Below are positions 1 through 13,602 of a stretch of 64,000 bases of DNA, one piece after another. Within the stretch, counting starts at the first letter, position 1. Each line of letters begins with the position of its first letter. Location: assembly GCA_013239625.1 (NCBI GenBank), contig MU053934.1:10951003-11015002 (forward strand), written 5' to 3'. The position numbers and the translations under genes were made by a program. The notes under the pieces were generated by a model. It did no database searches. It had not been told where the DNA came from and worked only from the letters and a program-made list of their open reading frames with translations. Source of the DNA: Lama guanicoe (Eukaryota).

Positions 1-689
1 CACGGCATGTGGTGGCTCTGCACGTGTCGGGCAGGCCATGCAAGCAAAGGTCTAAGTGCAGCTAATCTGAGTCCTGTCTGACCAGCTCGTGATGGTCCTG
101 GGATGCAAAGATGCAAAGTTTGCAAGGAGCTGCCTGGAGATGCCACCCACTGGCCTCCCCACCCACTAGGAGATGTCAGGGGAGGGTTTCCCCTGGCCTC
201 CTGGGTCCTGGTGGGCACGGGGCTCCCTGCCCTGCCCTCTTCACGGACTGCAGCCATGTTGGGCACTTCAGCGGCACCGTGCCCCATGATGCCATCCTGT
301 TCCCACGTTGCCCTCTCCAGCATGCGGGGTCAGCAGCCCTGAACCCAGAAGAGGCTCCTGTGTCTCTGATGCCTAAGTCTTGTCTTGTTTCCTGTGTGCA
401 GGACGGGAGCTCTAGAATTCTCTACTCCATGTCCTCCACTAGTGTTTTTTGTTTCCTTTTTATTTCACAGAGCCTCTTCCGTGACCGCCACAGCCTTCCC
501 TCAGTCCCACTCATGCGGTGCATGCGAACGCTACGTCAGTACGCGACGGGTGTCAATCATGCCAGCTTTTGAACTTCCAGCATCCAGGGTCATTGACCCT
601 GGTCTTCACAACGAGGAGCCAGTGCTCGCTGCTTTCTCAACCAGTGCTGACTCTCCTTGGTTATTTCATAAGCAGATGTCTTACCCGAA

Positions 690-800
690 TACCAGCCTCC
701 ATCAGGCTGTGAGCAGTGTCTCGATTTTCTTTCTTTATCTCCCACAGACCTCAGCACAGCTCTGGGCAAACGGTGGGAGCTCACTCGCTGGTTTAGTTGG
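690..800 (+). mobile_element. L2 LINE 3' end relic
   Basis: ctttatctcccacagacctcagcacagctctgggcaaacggtgggagctcactc resembles the L2 3' terminus (cctagcacagtgcctggcacatagtaggcgctcaata); heavily diverged. Confidence 0.45.
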
Positions 801-1479
801 TCTGAGTTCCCAGACCCTGCCTGAGTGTCTTCACGGCTCATCTCTGCCCTCTGCCACAGCCCTCTCCTCCTGGAGGCTGGAGAATCCTGGTCCTACCGCC
901 CACAGTCTTACGCCTTGAGCAACTCCGACCTGATTCCCATTCCGTCAGAACACAGGCAAATTCTGATCAAAGCTTCCACCCAGAAAGTCTAGGGCACAGC
1001 GCTGTCTCCACACCTCCTACCCCCAGCCGTCAGGAGCCTCTGACGTCCAGCCCATCCAGCAACCGGCAAGTCCCCTTTGGCTCAACATTGTCCTCTTAAA
1101 TTCTCCGAAGTTTGCTCTGCGACCACAGACGTGGGCCTTGTTTTAGAAGACAAAAGAGAAGGTAGAACCTTCCAGAACATGGCCCCAGGCTGTAAGTCTC
1201 AGGCATTGGGGCACGGGGAGGAGCGGGTCAGGCCCTGCAGTACGGCTGAGTTATGTGTGTGGGGTGTGTCTTGGGGTCAAGGGGGCAGCAGGCGGGAGCA
1301 GGGGGGGCCACGCTCAGGGTCTGCAGGTGACGCTGCAGGTGGCAGGGGCTGCGAGGGGCACTGAACGCTCGGCTGTCCCCCTCGGTCCTGACGCCACGGA
1401 CGGAAAGTGCCTGCCGTGATGTGTTGTAAATCGCTTTCTGTGTATGTGAACCCCAGACTCTTCCCACGTTCAAAAAGAA

Positions 1480-2320
1480 ATGTAGCAAGAAAAATCAACC
1501 GAAGTCCGGGATGGGTTAAGGGACGCGCGGCAGCTGAAGGTGTCCTGGTGGGGTGTCTGCCGAAGGCTGGGTCACTCGTGGGGTCTGTGCGGCCCAGTTG
1601 CCACCTGTCTGTCCCAAGAAACCCGGAGAGGATGGGCGAGCCGGCAGAGAGGAGGGCATGCTCTCGGGCCCAGAGACAGGGCAGAGGCGGGCTTTGAGGG
1701 GAACGGTGTTGGGGCAGCGCGCGCCCCCGATGCCAGGCTCGGTGGCGGGCCTTTGATCCCGGAGCCCGGGTGTTTTCCGCGTAGGATCCAGGGAAACCCA
1801 CCCCAGGAACACTCGGTGACACGGGCGTCTGCAGAGCGCCCCTCCGTCGAGGGCCGGGGTGTCCCGAGTCCTCACTTTCTGTAGAAGATGCAGTTTTGTT
1901 TCCCTTGGAAGCCGGCCTCTGCTTGCAACGCACCGCCGCTCTATCATTTTAAATTAAATTGTTCCTGTTGTGTCTGTATCCCTATGTGGGCTTTAATTCA
2001 CGTGAATCCAATTGTACTGCCCTCGGGAGGTTGCTCACTGCAGTGTCAGAGTTGGATAAATAATAAATAGGACACATCAGGGTCCCATGTGCCCGCCTGG
2101 CGGGGCGGCGCTGCTGGTGTCTCTTCCAGGCGGCACAGCGGCCGGGCCGGGCAGGGGCTGCGACACGCCCGGGCTGGGCTCCCGGCCCGACTTACATCCG
2201 GTTCTGAGCGGACGTCCCTTTGCGGGGAGGCTCCTCAAGGTCAGCGTCCTCCCTGCACATCTGACGTAAGTCACGCCCCGCTCTCCTCGGCCGCCCACGC
2301 CCTGCGGGGCTGCAGCTTCT
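1480..2320. promoter_or_regulatory. CpG-rich segment enclosing an AT-rich unique block (about 1940-2070)
   Basis: Frequent CpG by eye; central block has TAAATTAA, TTTAATT, CAATTG and AATAAA-type words. Confidence 0.35.
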
Positions 2321-3399
2321 GGCTCCTGTGGATCTGGGGCTGAAGAGACTGCAGGCAGGCCAGGAGCAGGTGTGACCAGTTCGCTGGAGGACGCTGGGCT
2401 GATGTGACTTGGTGGACGGGGGGAGGTGAGGCTCCCGGCTGCTGTGGGCGAGGCTCCTGGGACCCAGGCGCTGAGCTGGACACAGACCCTGTGATGCTGG
2501 GGAAGCAACCACCCGGGGCCTTGGTCACCTGGCCTGTCTCACCCACAGGCACATCCCACGGCTGCACCTCGTCTGTCTGGGGACACGGGACCCAATCCTT
2601 GAGTCCTGTGAGGCCGCAGCTACTGGGTGCCTCAGTCTTCACGCAGGAGGAGTTAAGGGCAAAGGGGGAGACATAACATCAGAGAAGACGTACCCGGGGT
2701 GCGTGTGTCTCAGGGGTGCTGGCCGGGGGACCTGGAATCTGATACAGAGAGAAAGCAAAGATTCCAGAAAGAACCCGCCCTTCCTGTCCATCACGACTTG
2801 CGTCTCATTTCCGATTCCTCAAACAGAGAGTCAAGCCCCTTCCCCCGCCCCGCCCGGCGGGCCCTGCGGCCCTGAATGTGGTCAACATTCTTCCCACAAA
2901 CTGAGCCAGCAGCCGGGCCGCCCCTGAATGCGGCAAAGCCCCCCGAGAACGCATTCTGGACTTTCATTCTATGTTTGCTCCAAAGGAGGGACTTTTCACC
3001 TGGGAGCCCCCTGTGGCCTTTGGGGAGGAGGTGTGACAGCCCGGATGTCACAGAGCTGCAGGGATCCACACACGGGCGCTTCTGGGGACAGTCCAGCAGC
3101 CACTGCCCGATGCTCAAAGGTGGGGTGTCCCCCCAGAGCCCGGCAGCCCCGGTGCCTCTCGCAGGAGAAGAGCTGCCCCTGGGAGCACATGGTCCCTGGG
3201 AGCATCACTTCCTGCCGTGTTTCTGGAAGGCAGAGAGAAATGAGTAGCTCTGCGATGGTGGGAGTATGGAGCAATTACAGTCCATCCTCTCTAAGCATGG
3301 CAGCTCCTGGACCCCCAAGATGGAAACGTCACATTAAACGAGAATTAACCATGCGAGCATGGCTACCCCTTAACAAGAGGCTGCCCCCACTTGGAATCA

Positions 3400-4950
3400 G
3401 CTCGGGAAAGCCAGGTCGCGGACACCGCCTGAGCACCTGCTGGGGCCGTGGCACCGGGAGACCGGCCGGCCGCGGTGGTGGCCCCGTGGGCGGTCTGCAC
3501 CTCTCCTCTTCCCGCCCTCCTCAGCAGCCCCGGTCCAGCCGTGTCCAAGTCAGTCACCTGACATCGCTGTGGGGGGCCTCCTGGGCCCTGGCGGAACAGC
3601 CCTCTGAGGTCTGTGGGGGCCTCCAAACCCCAGAAAGAAAGTGGAAGAAACAAGTGAAATGGTCGAAGCACAAAGGCATATTTTGGGAACCACAGGAGAA
3701 ATGGCCCAATCGAGGACCAGAGCGGCTGAGGCTGGGACTTTGAGGGGCTGACGAGGCTCGCAGAGAGCGACCACGGGAGGCACAGAGGGTGCGATAGCCC
3801 TGGGGACACGGGCGGCTTCGCAGAAAATATAATCCCACTGAGACTGAACAGAGAAGAACGGCAGGGCCGGGCAGCCGGCCGGGACCCGAGAGGGCAGCTG
3901 GGGAACCGCCCCGAAGACCAGCCCCCTGAACTTCAGACCAGCCGGCTGGGCGCTGTCCCCGAGACGCCGCGGAGGGGCGAGCGACTCCCCCGAGCGCTCG
4001 GCCCGGTCCCCGCCCCAGACCCCGCCCCAGCCTCGGCCTGTGGGCAGCACCCCCGTCTGTCCTGTTCCTGGACCTTAAAGCCCCAGCACCGCCGCTGTCC
4101 ATCACGCCTCCTGTGCCAGCATCGCCACACCTGTCAGGTCCACCCTACGTGTGTCTGAGCCCCGTCGCCTCTTTCCTGGGTGACGGTGACCATCCCCCTA
4201 CTTTCCCGTAAGGAGGAGGCCATGTGGTCTGAGGGCATCAGAGGAGGGAGCCGCTCTGGGCAGGGAGCCCAGAGGCAGGAGGGACGGTGCCGCCTTGTCC
4301 TGCTTCCTGGGAGTGGGAGCGCTTAGCACAGCCAGGACGGAGGAGACGCACAGCCCGCGGAGGGCTTAGAGTGGCGGGGACGCACGCCTAATGCTTCACG
4401 GTTTGTCTGGAGCCGCGCAGCGATCCTGACTCGGCTGCCTGGAGCCCCCGTTGCTGGTCTCCCCAGAGCCACCCTGAACGCCCCCCAGCTCGGGTCTAAC
4501 GGTGCGCTCGCAGCGAGCTTTCTCAACAGAGCTTGTCCACGTGCAGCTCCGCAGGTGGCCAGCTCTCCTCGCGGGCACAGTCCACTGTTTCCAAAAATCC
4601 CACTCACCCCCCGGCAGTGGAGTTGCTCGCTGGTGCTCTCACCCCCGACTTTGAATCGCGGTGCGTGTGATCTCACGGGGGAGCGTAAACTCAAAGGAGT
4701 CGATCAGACCAACGAGCCGAGCAGGCGAGGGACAAACAGGATTCCATCCTGCCTCAGTCCCAAGCCCGCCGGGTGTCAGACAGGCCCCTAGGCGCGGCGC
4801 GCGGCAGTGGTTGCCAGGAGCCCGCCCCGGGGTAAGTGGGCCAGAGCTTGGGCCCGGGGTCCTCCGATGGGTGAGCGGCCGTCGACAAGGCGCAGACGTG
4901 TCGGGGCCTCTGCCGCCTGCGTAACCGTGCCTGGGAAGCTGGCCTGAGCT
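3400..4950. promoter_or_regulatory. CpG island with GC boxes, promoter-like
   Basis: Dense CpG; CCGCCC near 3907, 4010, 4022 and 4822; consensus splice donor GG|GTAAGT at 4832-4837. Confidence 0.5.
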
Positions 4951-6149
4951 GAGGGGAGCCATGCTGGCACACAGCATGCTTGCTTAACAAGTGTCAGGTA
5001 CGGCTGCTCGCCACGGCCGGGCCTCTCTGATAGTTCTTCCTCTTTCTGCGTCTACATCTGCTCCCCTGCAACTCCCTTCCATATGTCTGGTTCCAATCCC
5101 CACGGCCACCCCCAAGAGGCCTGCTCTCCCTCGCACACGACGGCCCATCAGGGACGCTTGAAGACAGGAATCATCTTCCTCCAAACCTTCGCCTTCCTTC
5201 CTGCACACGCCCGACTCCCCCACCAGCTGCATCCCTGTTGGATGCTCTGTCGAACGCCTGGTGTTACTACGCGGCTGCCAACAAGGCTGGACCCCTGTTA
5301 GCACGGTGCAGACTGACTCAGAGGCCGCTTTCTGCTCCCGTATTCCCTGGAATAGATCATCCTGAGAAATGTCTTTGCATCCTTAAAAGGTAATAATTTA
5401 TTTTTTCTAAGTTGTTTTGAGCTTCAGATTTCCTAGTGGGTTGCAGAATGCCTAAAACTTTCTTTTGGGGAATAAAATTTCTACTTAGTAAGTCAGAAAC
5501 CTGTCCACTCACTGGGATGTCAGGGCTGGATTGTGGGAGGGGAGTGTTTGCATGCACTGAGTTTCTCCTGGAGGACAGTCTGCCCCGTGACCAGGCACTG
5601 AAGGAGGCATCCTTGTCAGACATGCAGCAAAGGCTCTCGGGGAGAGTGGCAGCCCGGCACGGTCCTCTGGGTGCGGTCCTGAGACACGAAGGTCTCCCTA
5701 AGGTTTCCAGAGTTTGGACTCGTCCCGTCAGCTGCTCTGTGTTTGCTGACCCCTCCAAGGAGGGCCCCTGCACCTCCAGAGGAGCTCCTGTGTCATCAAG
5801 GTTTCTGACTGCCGCACAGGGTGGCCTCTGTCCTGCACAGCATCGGGCTCCCTCCGCACAGGACGCTCTGGCATTGACGTGCTCTCCCGCCTCCGTCGTG
5901 GCCCCGCCTCTGCCTCCAACTCCCTGCACATTGCGCCTCTCTCGGCTCTTCCAACCTGGTTCCAGTTTCAGCAGCTCCAGGGTCTTCCTCCACCCCTCCG
6001 CCTGCTCCTTCCATGGGACAGACCTTCCTGAGGGAGGACTTGCCAGCTAGGAGGTTCTCAGGTTGAGATCCACGCAAGCAGCCGACTCTCCACTTTGCAG
6101 TTAGATAGCGTCCCCCTCCTTGGAATCTCATCACTCACACGGTCTCCTC

Positions 6150-6330
6150 ACACAGAGTGCCAGGGACTTGCCCACGTGTGAAGTCTGCCCACTGTCCTGT
6201 GATACACAGACTGGCGTGTTTTTCTTTTCAGATGAGAATTCTGAGGCCTGGGAAATTTGCAGACTTGCCCAAAGTCACACACTGAGTTTGCAGCAAGACT
6301 GAAAAGAAAACCCGCTGGCCTGGATTCTAG
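6150..6330 (-). mobile_element. MIR SINE
   Basis: ttttcagatgagaattctgaggcctgggaaatttgcagacttgcccaaagtcacac matches the MIR core, antisense. Confidence 0.8.
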
Positions 6331-7859
6331 TAGTCCCCACCAGGAGTCCACACCTCCATTCTACACTGCCAGTCCACACAGGCATTCCCCGCTGCCAGTC
6401 CCCACTGCCAGTCCACACTGATTCTAGCACACTAGGGCTCACCAGTATTCAGAAGCAAGGACATTGCCCCCCCCCATTATCACTGATAAAACAGGTCTAC
6501 AGGGGTTAGGGTACAAATCCCCACCACAGACAATGATGGACAGAGAATCTAACCAGAGGTCCCAGTGTCCCACGAAGACGCACACCAGTCTGAGCAGCTC
6601 TTCAGCCCCAGGCGCTGTGCGGGGCAGGGGTGGGAAAGGGAGCCCAGCTCCGGGAGGCAGCGGGTTGCCATGGGGACAATGACTGGGGAAGAGTCACGGG
6701 GGAGAGGACGTCGTGGGTGGGAGAGTGCTTGCAGAGCCCACGTGCAGGCGGGCTGTTTATTTTTTCCGAGCACACCCTCAGCGCTGCCTTCTGAACGCCC
6801 TGATGAACACTTCGCAAAGCCCCGAAGCGGTGTGAGGCGGCTCTCCTCATTCCCCTCTGTCGACGAGGCTCTGAGCTCCTGGGAGGTTCTACTCCAGTGC
6901 CCAGGGTCAGGGAGCAAGCAGGAGTCCCCGCCGTCCTCCACTGATGTCCCTGCAATGGCGGTGTCCGTGGGGCTTCCAGTAAATGAGTGAGTAAGGACCA
7001 CGCGACTATGGTGAGCGCGGCCGCGCCGTCTCCTTGAACTCGCTTCTGCCCAAGCCGCGAGCTTGGAGCTCGGGGGCCAGACCGTATTTCACCGGCTGCA
7101 GCACTTCCCGTGTGGACGGGGCAGTTGAGCACAACCACAGAGAAGCGGCCTTCACCCCCACACCGGAAACGCTCCTGATCCAGGCAGCCCGTTGGATCTC
7201 AGGGGTCAGCCAAGCAGAAAGGGCTGAGGCAGCACTCCAGGCACCAGCGTGAGTGAGAAACCACGGAAACCGGGGGAGATGGCCCCGATGCTCCAGGCTG
7301 AGCGAGGAGGAGAACGGGGTCCCCTCCCTGCTGCCAGCCCCTCCTCCCCGGGCTGCCGTGAGCAGCGGGCCGCGTGGGGAGCTGGATCCAGGCTGTCAAC
7401 ATGAGGGCTTTGACAAGACTGGTTCTGACAGCCTCAGAGAGCTGCAAACATCCCGGCATCGTGGCTATTTATAGCTCGGCGCTGCTCGTCACCCAGAAAC
7501 AGGGAAACTAAACAAAGCCATTTGGTAAGAGACTTGGGCAGCCTCCATGCGGACAGTGCTTCCCTCAGGGGAAGATCTGTCCACGTGGGCACTGGGGCCA
7601 TGCGGTCGCTCCCTGGACGGGAAGCCAGCTGGTCCCTCACTGTGGAGCCAAGATGGCCCGGGCTCTCAGGAGCTGGTGCCGAGCTCATCCCGGCCAGTGC
7701 CCGGCCCCCCGACTGGCATGATCAGCTGGGGAGGCCCAGCGAAGTCTAGGGGCCTTGGGCCGACCCCAGAGCTTCTGCCTTGCTTACGTGGGGTGTGGCC
7801 TGGGCACCAGGAGATTTTAAACTTCCTAAATGACTTCATTAAGCAGCCGATCAGGAGAC

Positions 7860-7930
7860 CTGGAAGCAGAATATGTGGCTTGGGCGAGTTATTTACTCCT
7901 CTGAGCCCCAGTTTCCCTCTCGGCGTGACA
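7860..7930 (+). mobile_element. MIR SINE fragment
   Basis: tgtggcttgggcgagttatttactcctctgagccccagtttccctc matches the MIR core. Confidence 0.75.
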
Positions 7931-9334
7931 AAGCGCTCAGACCAATAATTTAGAATCTATTTTGCAGGGCTGAGTTCCTCTACCATTTAAACGCCTTCCT
8001 CAAGCACGATGCCCTTTGTAACTCACATTTTCTGGTTCGTGCGGCTGGGGAGGAAGACAGCCGTGAGGGAGGGGACAGGGCAGCTCGGCTTTCTGGCTCC
8101 CAGGCCAGGCACACCCCCTCCCGCAGGCCGGCGAGGAGCCCGCTGCCAGCCCTCGGGGGGCCGCTCGGTCCTTACAGGCTCGTGCAGAGATGCGTCGATG
8201 TATTAAGTCGGTCTGAAGTGTCTCCCGCAGTGATCTCGTCGGTGTGCTTTCTGTCTGATTGCTGGTGTGCCGCTGGCTGTGACATCCGCTTCTTCACTCT
8301 CGGTGCCCAAGCCGCTCTCAGAGTCTATTACCCAGCATCATTTCTATCCTGAGTGAGCCTGCGCTGCTTCAGAGAAGAAAGGAGTCTCACGGGAAGTGAA
8401 GAGACCTCTCCTCTCTCGTGTGATGAGCTGACAGAGAGATAAAAGCCACCAAACACCAGGAGGAGGCGGGAGGGGAGCCCCCACACCGGCTGCGGATGGG
8501 CCTCCAGCCGCTTCCCTTCCAGCCTGCTTGCTGCAGTCCTGAGGCACGTTCCTGGCAGATAAACCCCTCACGGCCTTCCCCCCTTCGAATCCCTCTGTGG
8601 CTTTCCTGGGACCCTCGCAGCACCCCTCACACCTACCCCTCCTTTGTGTCCTACGCTGAGGCCTCCGCCCCCCACCCTGGGGCCTCTCCAAGCTCCCCGA
8701 GCTCCAGGGATGCAGACAGAGCTCCCTGTAAATGCCTCAGCTCTCCCTGTGGGCCAGGCTTCTCAAGGCTGGTCCCCAGGTCAGAATCTCCGAGTCCCAA
8801 AACCAGTGCCCACTGGGTCACCTGATCTCATCCGGGCTCTGCCTTGGCTGAGCCTGGGCGTGGCCTGGGCATCAGGATGTCGATAGCTGGAGGTGGAGGG
8901 TTTCTCTGGAATGTCTTCCCCCTGCTTCTTTGCCTAGGGGCCCAACAGGTCCTCCAGGCCCAGGTCCATCCTCAGGGACCCTGTGATGCCTTCCCCCTCA
9001 TCCTTCATCCCTCCCTCCAGAGTGAAGAACCCGTTCCACACGTCTCCAGCTCCAGGGAAACACCAATGTGACCCACATGCCTGTTTTCTGCAGCTCTGGT
9101 CCCCACTGGTCCACAGTGAGCCTGAGCTGAGCATGGGCAGGATGTAGCCATCTCTGAGGTCCAGCCCAGGGCGTGGGTCCTGCGTCCTGCACCTGCATCC
9201 CGGCCATCCCGCGCTTCTCCTGGCAACCCGCCCCTGTGTCTGCAGGTGCTGTTGGTGTCACTGAGATCGGCCTCCTGATGGTGTCCAAACCCCACTCAAC
9301 TGTCAGAGCAAGGGCGAGTCACAGCACAGCTCTG

Positions 9335-9910
9335 GGCTGTGTTACAGGTCCACGCGTGTCTTCCACAACAGCCGTGCTCAGGTTATAAGCCCCACACCTG
9401 TGATGTGTGTCTCTTTGGAAATAAAACCTCTACCGCTGTCATCAGTGGAGTGAGGTCACACTGGATGAGGGTGGCCCTAAGCTGGAGGCTGGTGCTGTTG
9501 CAAGACGAGGGAAATTCATACCCAGAGGCTCAGGGAAGACAGACGTGTGAAAATGGGGCTGAGCTGGAGCGACGCAGCCATGAAGCCCGGAAGCCCGAGG
9601 ACCATCCTCACAGCCTCAGACCATGCAAGCGGCGAGGAAGGGCCCTTCCCCAGGGCCGTGAAGACGGCAGGGCCTCGCAAGGGAACCACGTGCTCCCCAG
9701 GAGCCTCGCAATGGCCTATGAAAAAGCACATGAGAAGAAATACATAGAGGCACAAATGGATCACTGTGCTGTACACCAGAAATTAACGCAACATTGTAAA
9801 CTGGCTATGCTTCAATTAAAAATAAATAAAATAAGATACAGTATTTTTTAAAAAGGCAATGGGGCCCTGCTGATGCTTGGTTTCAGATCTCTGACCCCAG
9901 GACTGAGGCT
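9335..9910 (+). mobile_element. MaLR LTR (MLT1B/C-like), interrupted by a younger L1 tip
   Basis: tttggaaataaaacc...gtgaggtcacactggatgagggtggccctaa; resumes after the insert with ggccctgctgatgcttggtttcagatctctgaccccaggactg. Confidence 0.75.
9680..9853 (+). mobile_element. Younger cetartiodactyl-type L1 3' tip with A-rich tail
   Basis: atcactgtgctgtacaccagaaattaacgcaacattgtaaactggctatgcttcaattaaaaataaataaaa; reverse complement is similar to the copies at 13603, 25291 and 27810. Confidence 0.85.
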
Positions 9911-10739
9911 GTGTCACCGCATGGAGGAAGCTGGTGGAGCCTGAGAAACCTCAGGCAGCGTCCCTTTCCCGGCCCTGTGGTCCAGGGCTGAGCGGCCTGG
10001 GCCTGCCCCAGTGCCTTCTCTGCTCCGGACCTACTGGAAACGGGGGCCTGCGGGCTTCTCAGGAAATGGGCCACGTGGAGGTGTGTGTTGCCTCCAACAC
10101 CTAAACCCCAGCACCCGCGGGTGTGGGCCTCCTTCTCATGGTCAAGGGAACCAGAGGCCGCAGTACGCCCACCCCTTTGGAGGGGACCTGCTGCCACACC
10201 ACAGCCCGCTGAACCCCTAGAGCCTCCATCCAGGCAGCAGCTTTGTGCAGCTTCAGGAAGTGCATGGACAGTGGGGGAGGCAGTTCAGGGGGATGCTGGG
10301 CTCACAACAGACAGTCCAGCCAGGTACTAGTGGAGGCCAGGGGGAGGGGGGCACGGTTCAGGGAAGGATGACATGGTTGGTCGGGACAAGAGGGAACACA
10401 AAAGCCTTCAAGGCTGAGAAAACAGACAGACACACTTTGAAACCCCTGACCCTTCCCTTCCAACATGTAGCCCCTGGTTTGGGCTGGAGGACCGGTACTG
10501 CCGTCAAGTTTCAAAAGGACGGTAAGGAAGCAACTGCAGGTTGAATTAGCTCCTGCAGTGTTTGTCCTAGTTTCTGACTTGGATATGTTTGAAACCTCCG
10601 CCCCGACTTTGAAGATTTCTGAGAGGGGCAGACACACTCCTCCTGCACGTGGCGCCTGGCAGCGGAAGCCCCACCCGGTCCCTCCTCTCTCAAGTCCTCA
10701 CTAACAAGGAGCCCTGGCTCCCCATCATGTTCCCCATTT

Positions 10740-10985
10740 TACACAAGTAAACATCCTTTAATTGAAACTCCTGGGCATTTAACATTATTTATAACTCTCT
10801 GAATTAAAAGCCTCACGGAACCCTGGTTCCCTCTCATAGCCGGTGATTCCCGGACTGCTCCCTAATTATTTGGGAGATGTTGTGTGTAGCATCACTAATT
10901 ACAGGGCTGATTTAAAATGGAGCGATCAGAGTTGCCATTTCAAAGGGAGATGAACAGAGAAGCAGATTTGGACTTCAAAGTTTCC
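10740..10985. promoter_or_regulatory. Candidate enhancer (FOX, homeodomain and TCF/LEF motifs)
   Basis: GTAAACA 10747-10753; TTAATTG 10758-10764; TAATTA at 10863 and 10896; TTCAAAG at 10939 and 10974; AT-rich, no repeat recognised. Confidence 0.4.
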
Positions 10986-11914
10986 TCTCAAGAGAAGGAC
11001 CATCCAGGAAGCTTCAGAAGCCAGACTTTTGAGTTTCCACAGAGCTGACGAGAGCTCTGACGTTGGAATTCTTCCATCCCTGCCTTGTACCCGATCCAGC
11101 ATTGTCTCTGCTCTTGCCCTCAGCTCCCATGCACGACCTCAGAAGCCCCTTCCTCCACCTGCCAGGGCCCCTTCTCCCAAAGTGCCCCGGCTCTACTGTG
11201 GGTTGAAATTGCAGAAGTGCCCGCTGAAATTCTACACCCTGACTCCCTCCCCTCAGAACCTCTGATCAGTAACCATCGGGTGGGGTGCAGGGAAACACCC
11301 CAGGGAAACCTGATGCACCCCCAGCCATGGACTAGAGCCCTTCCAAGTGACCCTGGCTTAACTTATCCCCTGCTGTGTCTGTGGCACGCCTTTCCTGAGA
11401 TGAGGGTCTCCCCAGGCCTCGAGACAATCCCTTTGTGTGGCAGGTGTTGCCTAGTGTCCATCTGGGGCTGAAAAGAGACAGAAAGGGAGATGAATGTTGG
11501 AGACAGAAGCCCTGCCCTTCCGTCAGGACCACGTGGGCCAGCCTCATTTTCGGTGCCCCACTTGCAGACAGATGTCTGTCTCCCCGCCAGAGCTATTTGT
11601 GTCCCTGAAATGCACCCACAGACGGTGCGAAAGCCCTCGGAGGGCCTGCCCTGGCTCGGCCCCCCTCGAGCCCGGCGGCCGCTCTGCCTGCCGCCCCAGC
11701 CCGTGCTTCACGGCCCCGCCGGTTCAGCACCTTGGAGAGCGGGCCCGGGCTGAGGACCAGGCGCTGGCCTCCGCCCGCTTTCAGACGCGACCTGGGGCCG
11801 GCCTCTGCGCCTGACCCACAGCGAGCGAGAGGCCTCGTTTCAGGAACCGCGTTGCAGCTGCCAGGCCTGAGACTCCTGCGTGGAGGACGCCCCCACACTG
11901 TCACCTCCCTCGCT

Positions 11915-12190
11915 GCTTAAAGGTAGAAGCTACAACTGTAAAAGTTTCAGAAAAACATGAGAGAAAATCTTTAAGCACTTGCACCGAGGCAGGGTTCTTA
12001 AGCCTGACACCAAAGGCACCAGTCACAAAAGGAAAGTGAGAGCTGGGACCTCATCCGACTGAAAGCTTTTGTCCTTCTGGACAAGCCCGTTGTGAGGACG
12101 GGAAGACAAGGGAAAGCCTGGGGTGGGGAATATTTGCAAATCATGCACCCGACAGAGGGCTGGCATCCAGAACACATTTTGCAGGAAGCC
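11915..12190 (+). mobile_element. Old L1M ORF2 3' fragment
   Basis: gaaaacatgagagaaaatcttt...gacaccaaaggcaccagtcacaaaaggaaa...atatttgcaaatcatgcacccgacagagggctggcatccagaa. Confidence 0.8.
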
Positions 12191-12660
12191 ATTCTGCTGA
12201 GACCCTTGGCCAGAGCCAGGGGTATGTGTCCAGCCCCCTGACACAGCATCCCGGCAAATGTGGGGTCCTGACCCGCTGCCTCACCGCCCGGGATGGGGTG
12301 GGGTTCACTCACCCTGCATCCCACTGACAATGTCCCAGTGGCAGTGGGGCACTGCCTCCTGTTACCTCATCACCATGGACGCCAGTGGGCATCGCTACCG
12401 TGAGATGGGGGAGCTGGAGGGTGGATGCACACCACTTTGTCAGGATGGGGCCTCGCTGACCCCAGCGGTGGGGAAGGGGAGGGCTCCGCAGCCCCGACGA
12501 GTACACTCAGGCTTCCGCACTGAGGTGCAGTGGGACCCTCAGCTCAGTCCCCTGACGCTGTCCTCGCAGGGGAGTCAGAGCCCCAGCTGGTTCCACGGGG
12601 TGGGGTCCCAGACGGGGTGGGAGGAGATGAGCTCGCCACCAGCCCCGCAGAAACCGCGGG

Positions 12661-12682
12661 GTGTGTGTGTGTGTGTGTGTGT
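12661..12682. repeat. (GT)n microsatellite
   Basis: Perfect GT run. Confidence 0.95.
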
Positions 12683-13534
12683 GGTTTTTCCCTTGCTAAC
12701 AGCTTTTATGTTAAGTTTTGTCAAATGCTCTTTTGATCCCAGTGATATAATCAAATGATTTTTCTCCATTAAGCTGATAATACAGCATATTACGTTAATT
12801 GATTTTCAAATACTAAGCACTCTGCGTTTCCGAGATAAACTTCACGTGATTGTGGCGCATTCGTCGTTTTCTATTTTGCTGAGTTGACTTAGTTGATATT
12901 TTGTGGGAGGCGTCTGCGTCTGTTCAGGAAGGATCTGCACTGCGGCTTCGTTGTTCGCGTGTTTTCTTAGACGGCTTTGTCCGGGTTGCCGACCTCGTAA
13001 AATGAGTTGAGGAGAGTTTTCTTTTCTGCTTTCTGGTGGAGGCTTTGAATGTTTTAGGAAGCTCATCGCTCAAACGGTTTCATCTGGAGATTTATTTTCT
13101 AAAGAAATTTAATTGGAAATTTCATTACTTTAGCAGTTACAGCATGCTCTTGGTAATCCATTTCATATTGAGTGTATTCTGGTGGTTTGTGGTTTTCAAA
13201 AAGGGACATATCCCATCTAAGTTGTCAAATACGTGTGTAACGTTGTTTGCAGCTTCCCCTTATCACCCTTTAGCTTCTGTGGGGTCTGTCGTGCTGGCCT
13301 CTGTTTCACCCCTGTTCGTGGTAATCTGTGTCTTCCTCCGGATTTTCTTTTTCTGTGTTTATCAACTTTTCAAATTAAAAAAAAAAAAAGACTCCATTGA
13401 TTTGTGTATTGTTTTTGTGTTTTCAGTTTTATTAATTTCTGCTCTTTTTTCTAGTTCCTTCTAATTACTTCGGATTTATTTTGGATTTTTTAAGTTAATT
13501 AAATGTGAGAACTTAGACTATTGATTTTAGGCTC

Positions 13535-13564
13535 TTCTTCCTTCCTTCCTTCCTTCCTTCCCTC

Positions 13565-13600
<36 letters not shown>

Positions 13601-13602
13601 TC
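13535..13602. repeat. (TTCC)n(TTTC)n microsatellite, probably derived from the L1 poly(A) tail
   Basis: Directly abuts the poly(T) end of the younger antisense L1. Confidence 0.9.

Noticed and set aside
2928..3743. 271-aa ORF next to the CpG island
   Set aside because: Low-complexity GC-driven composition and no homology recognised
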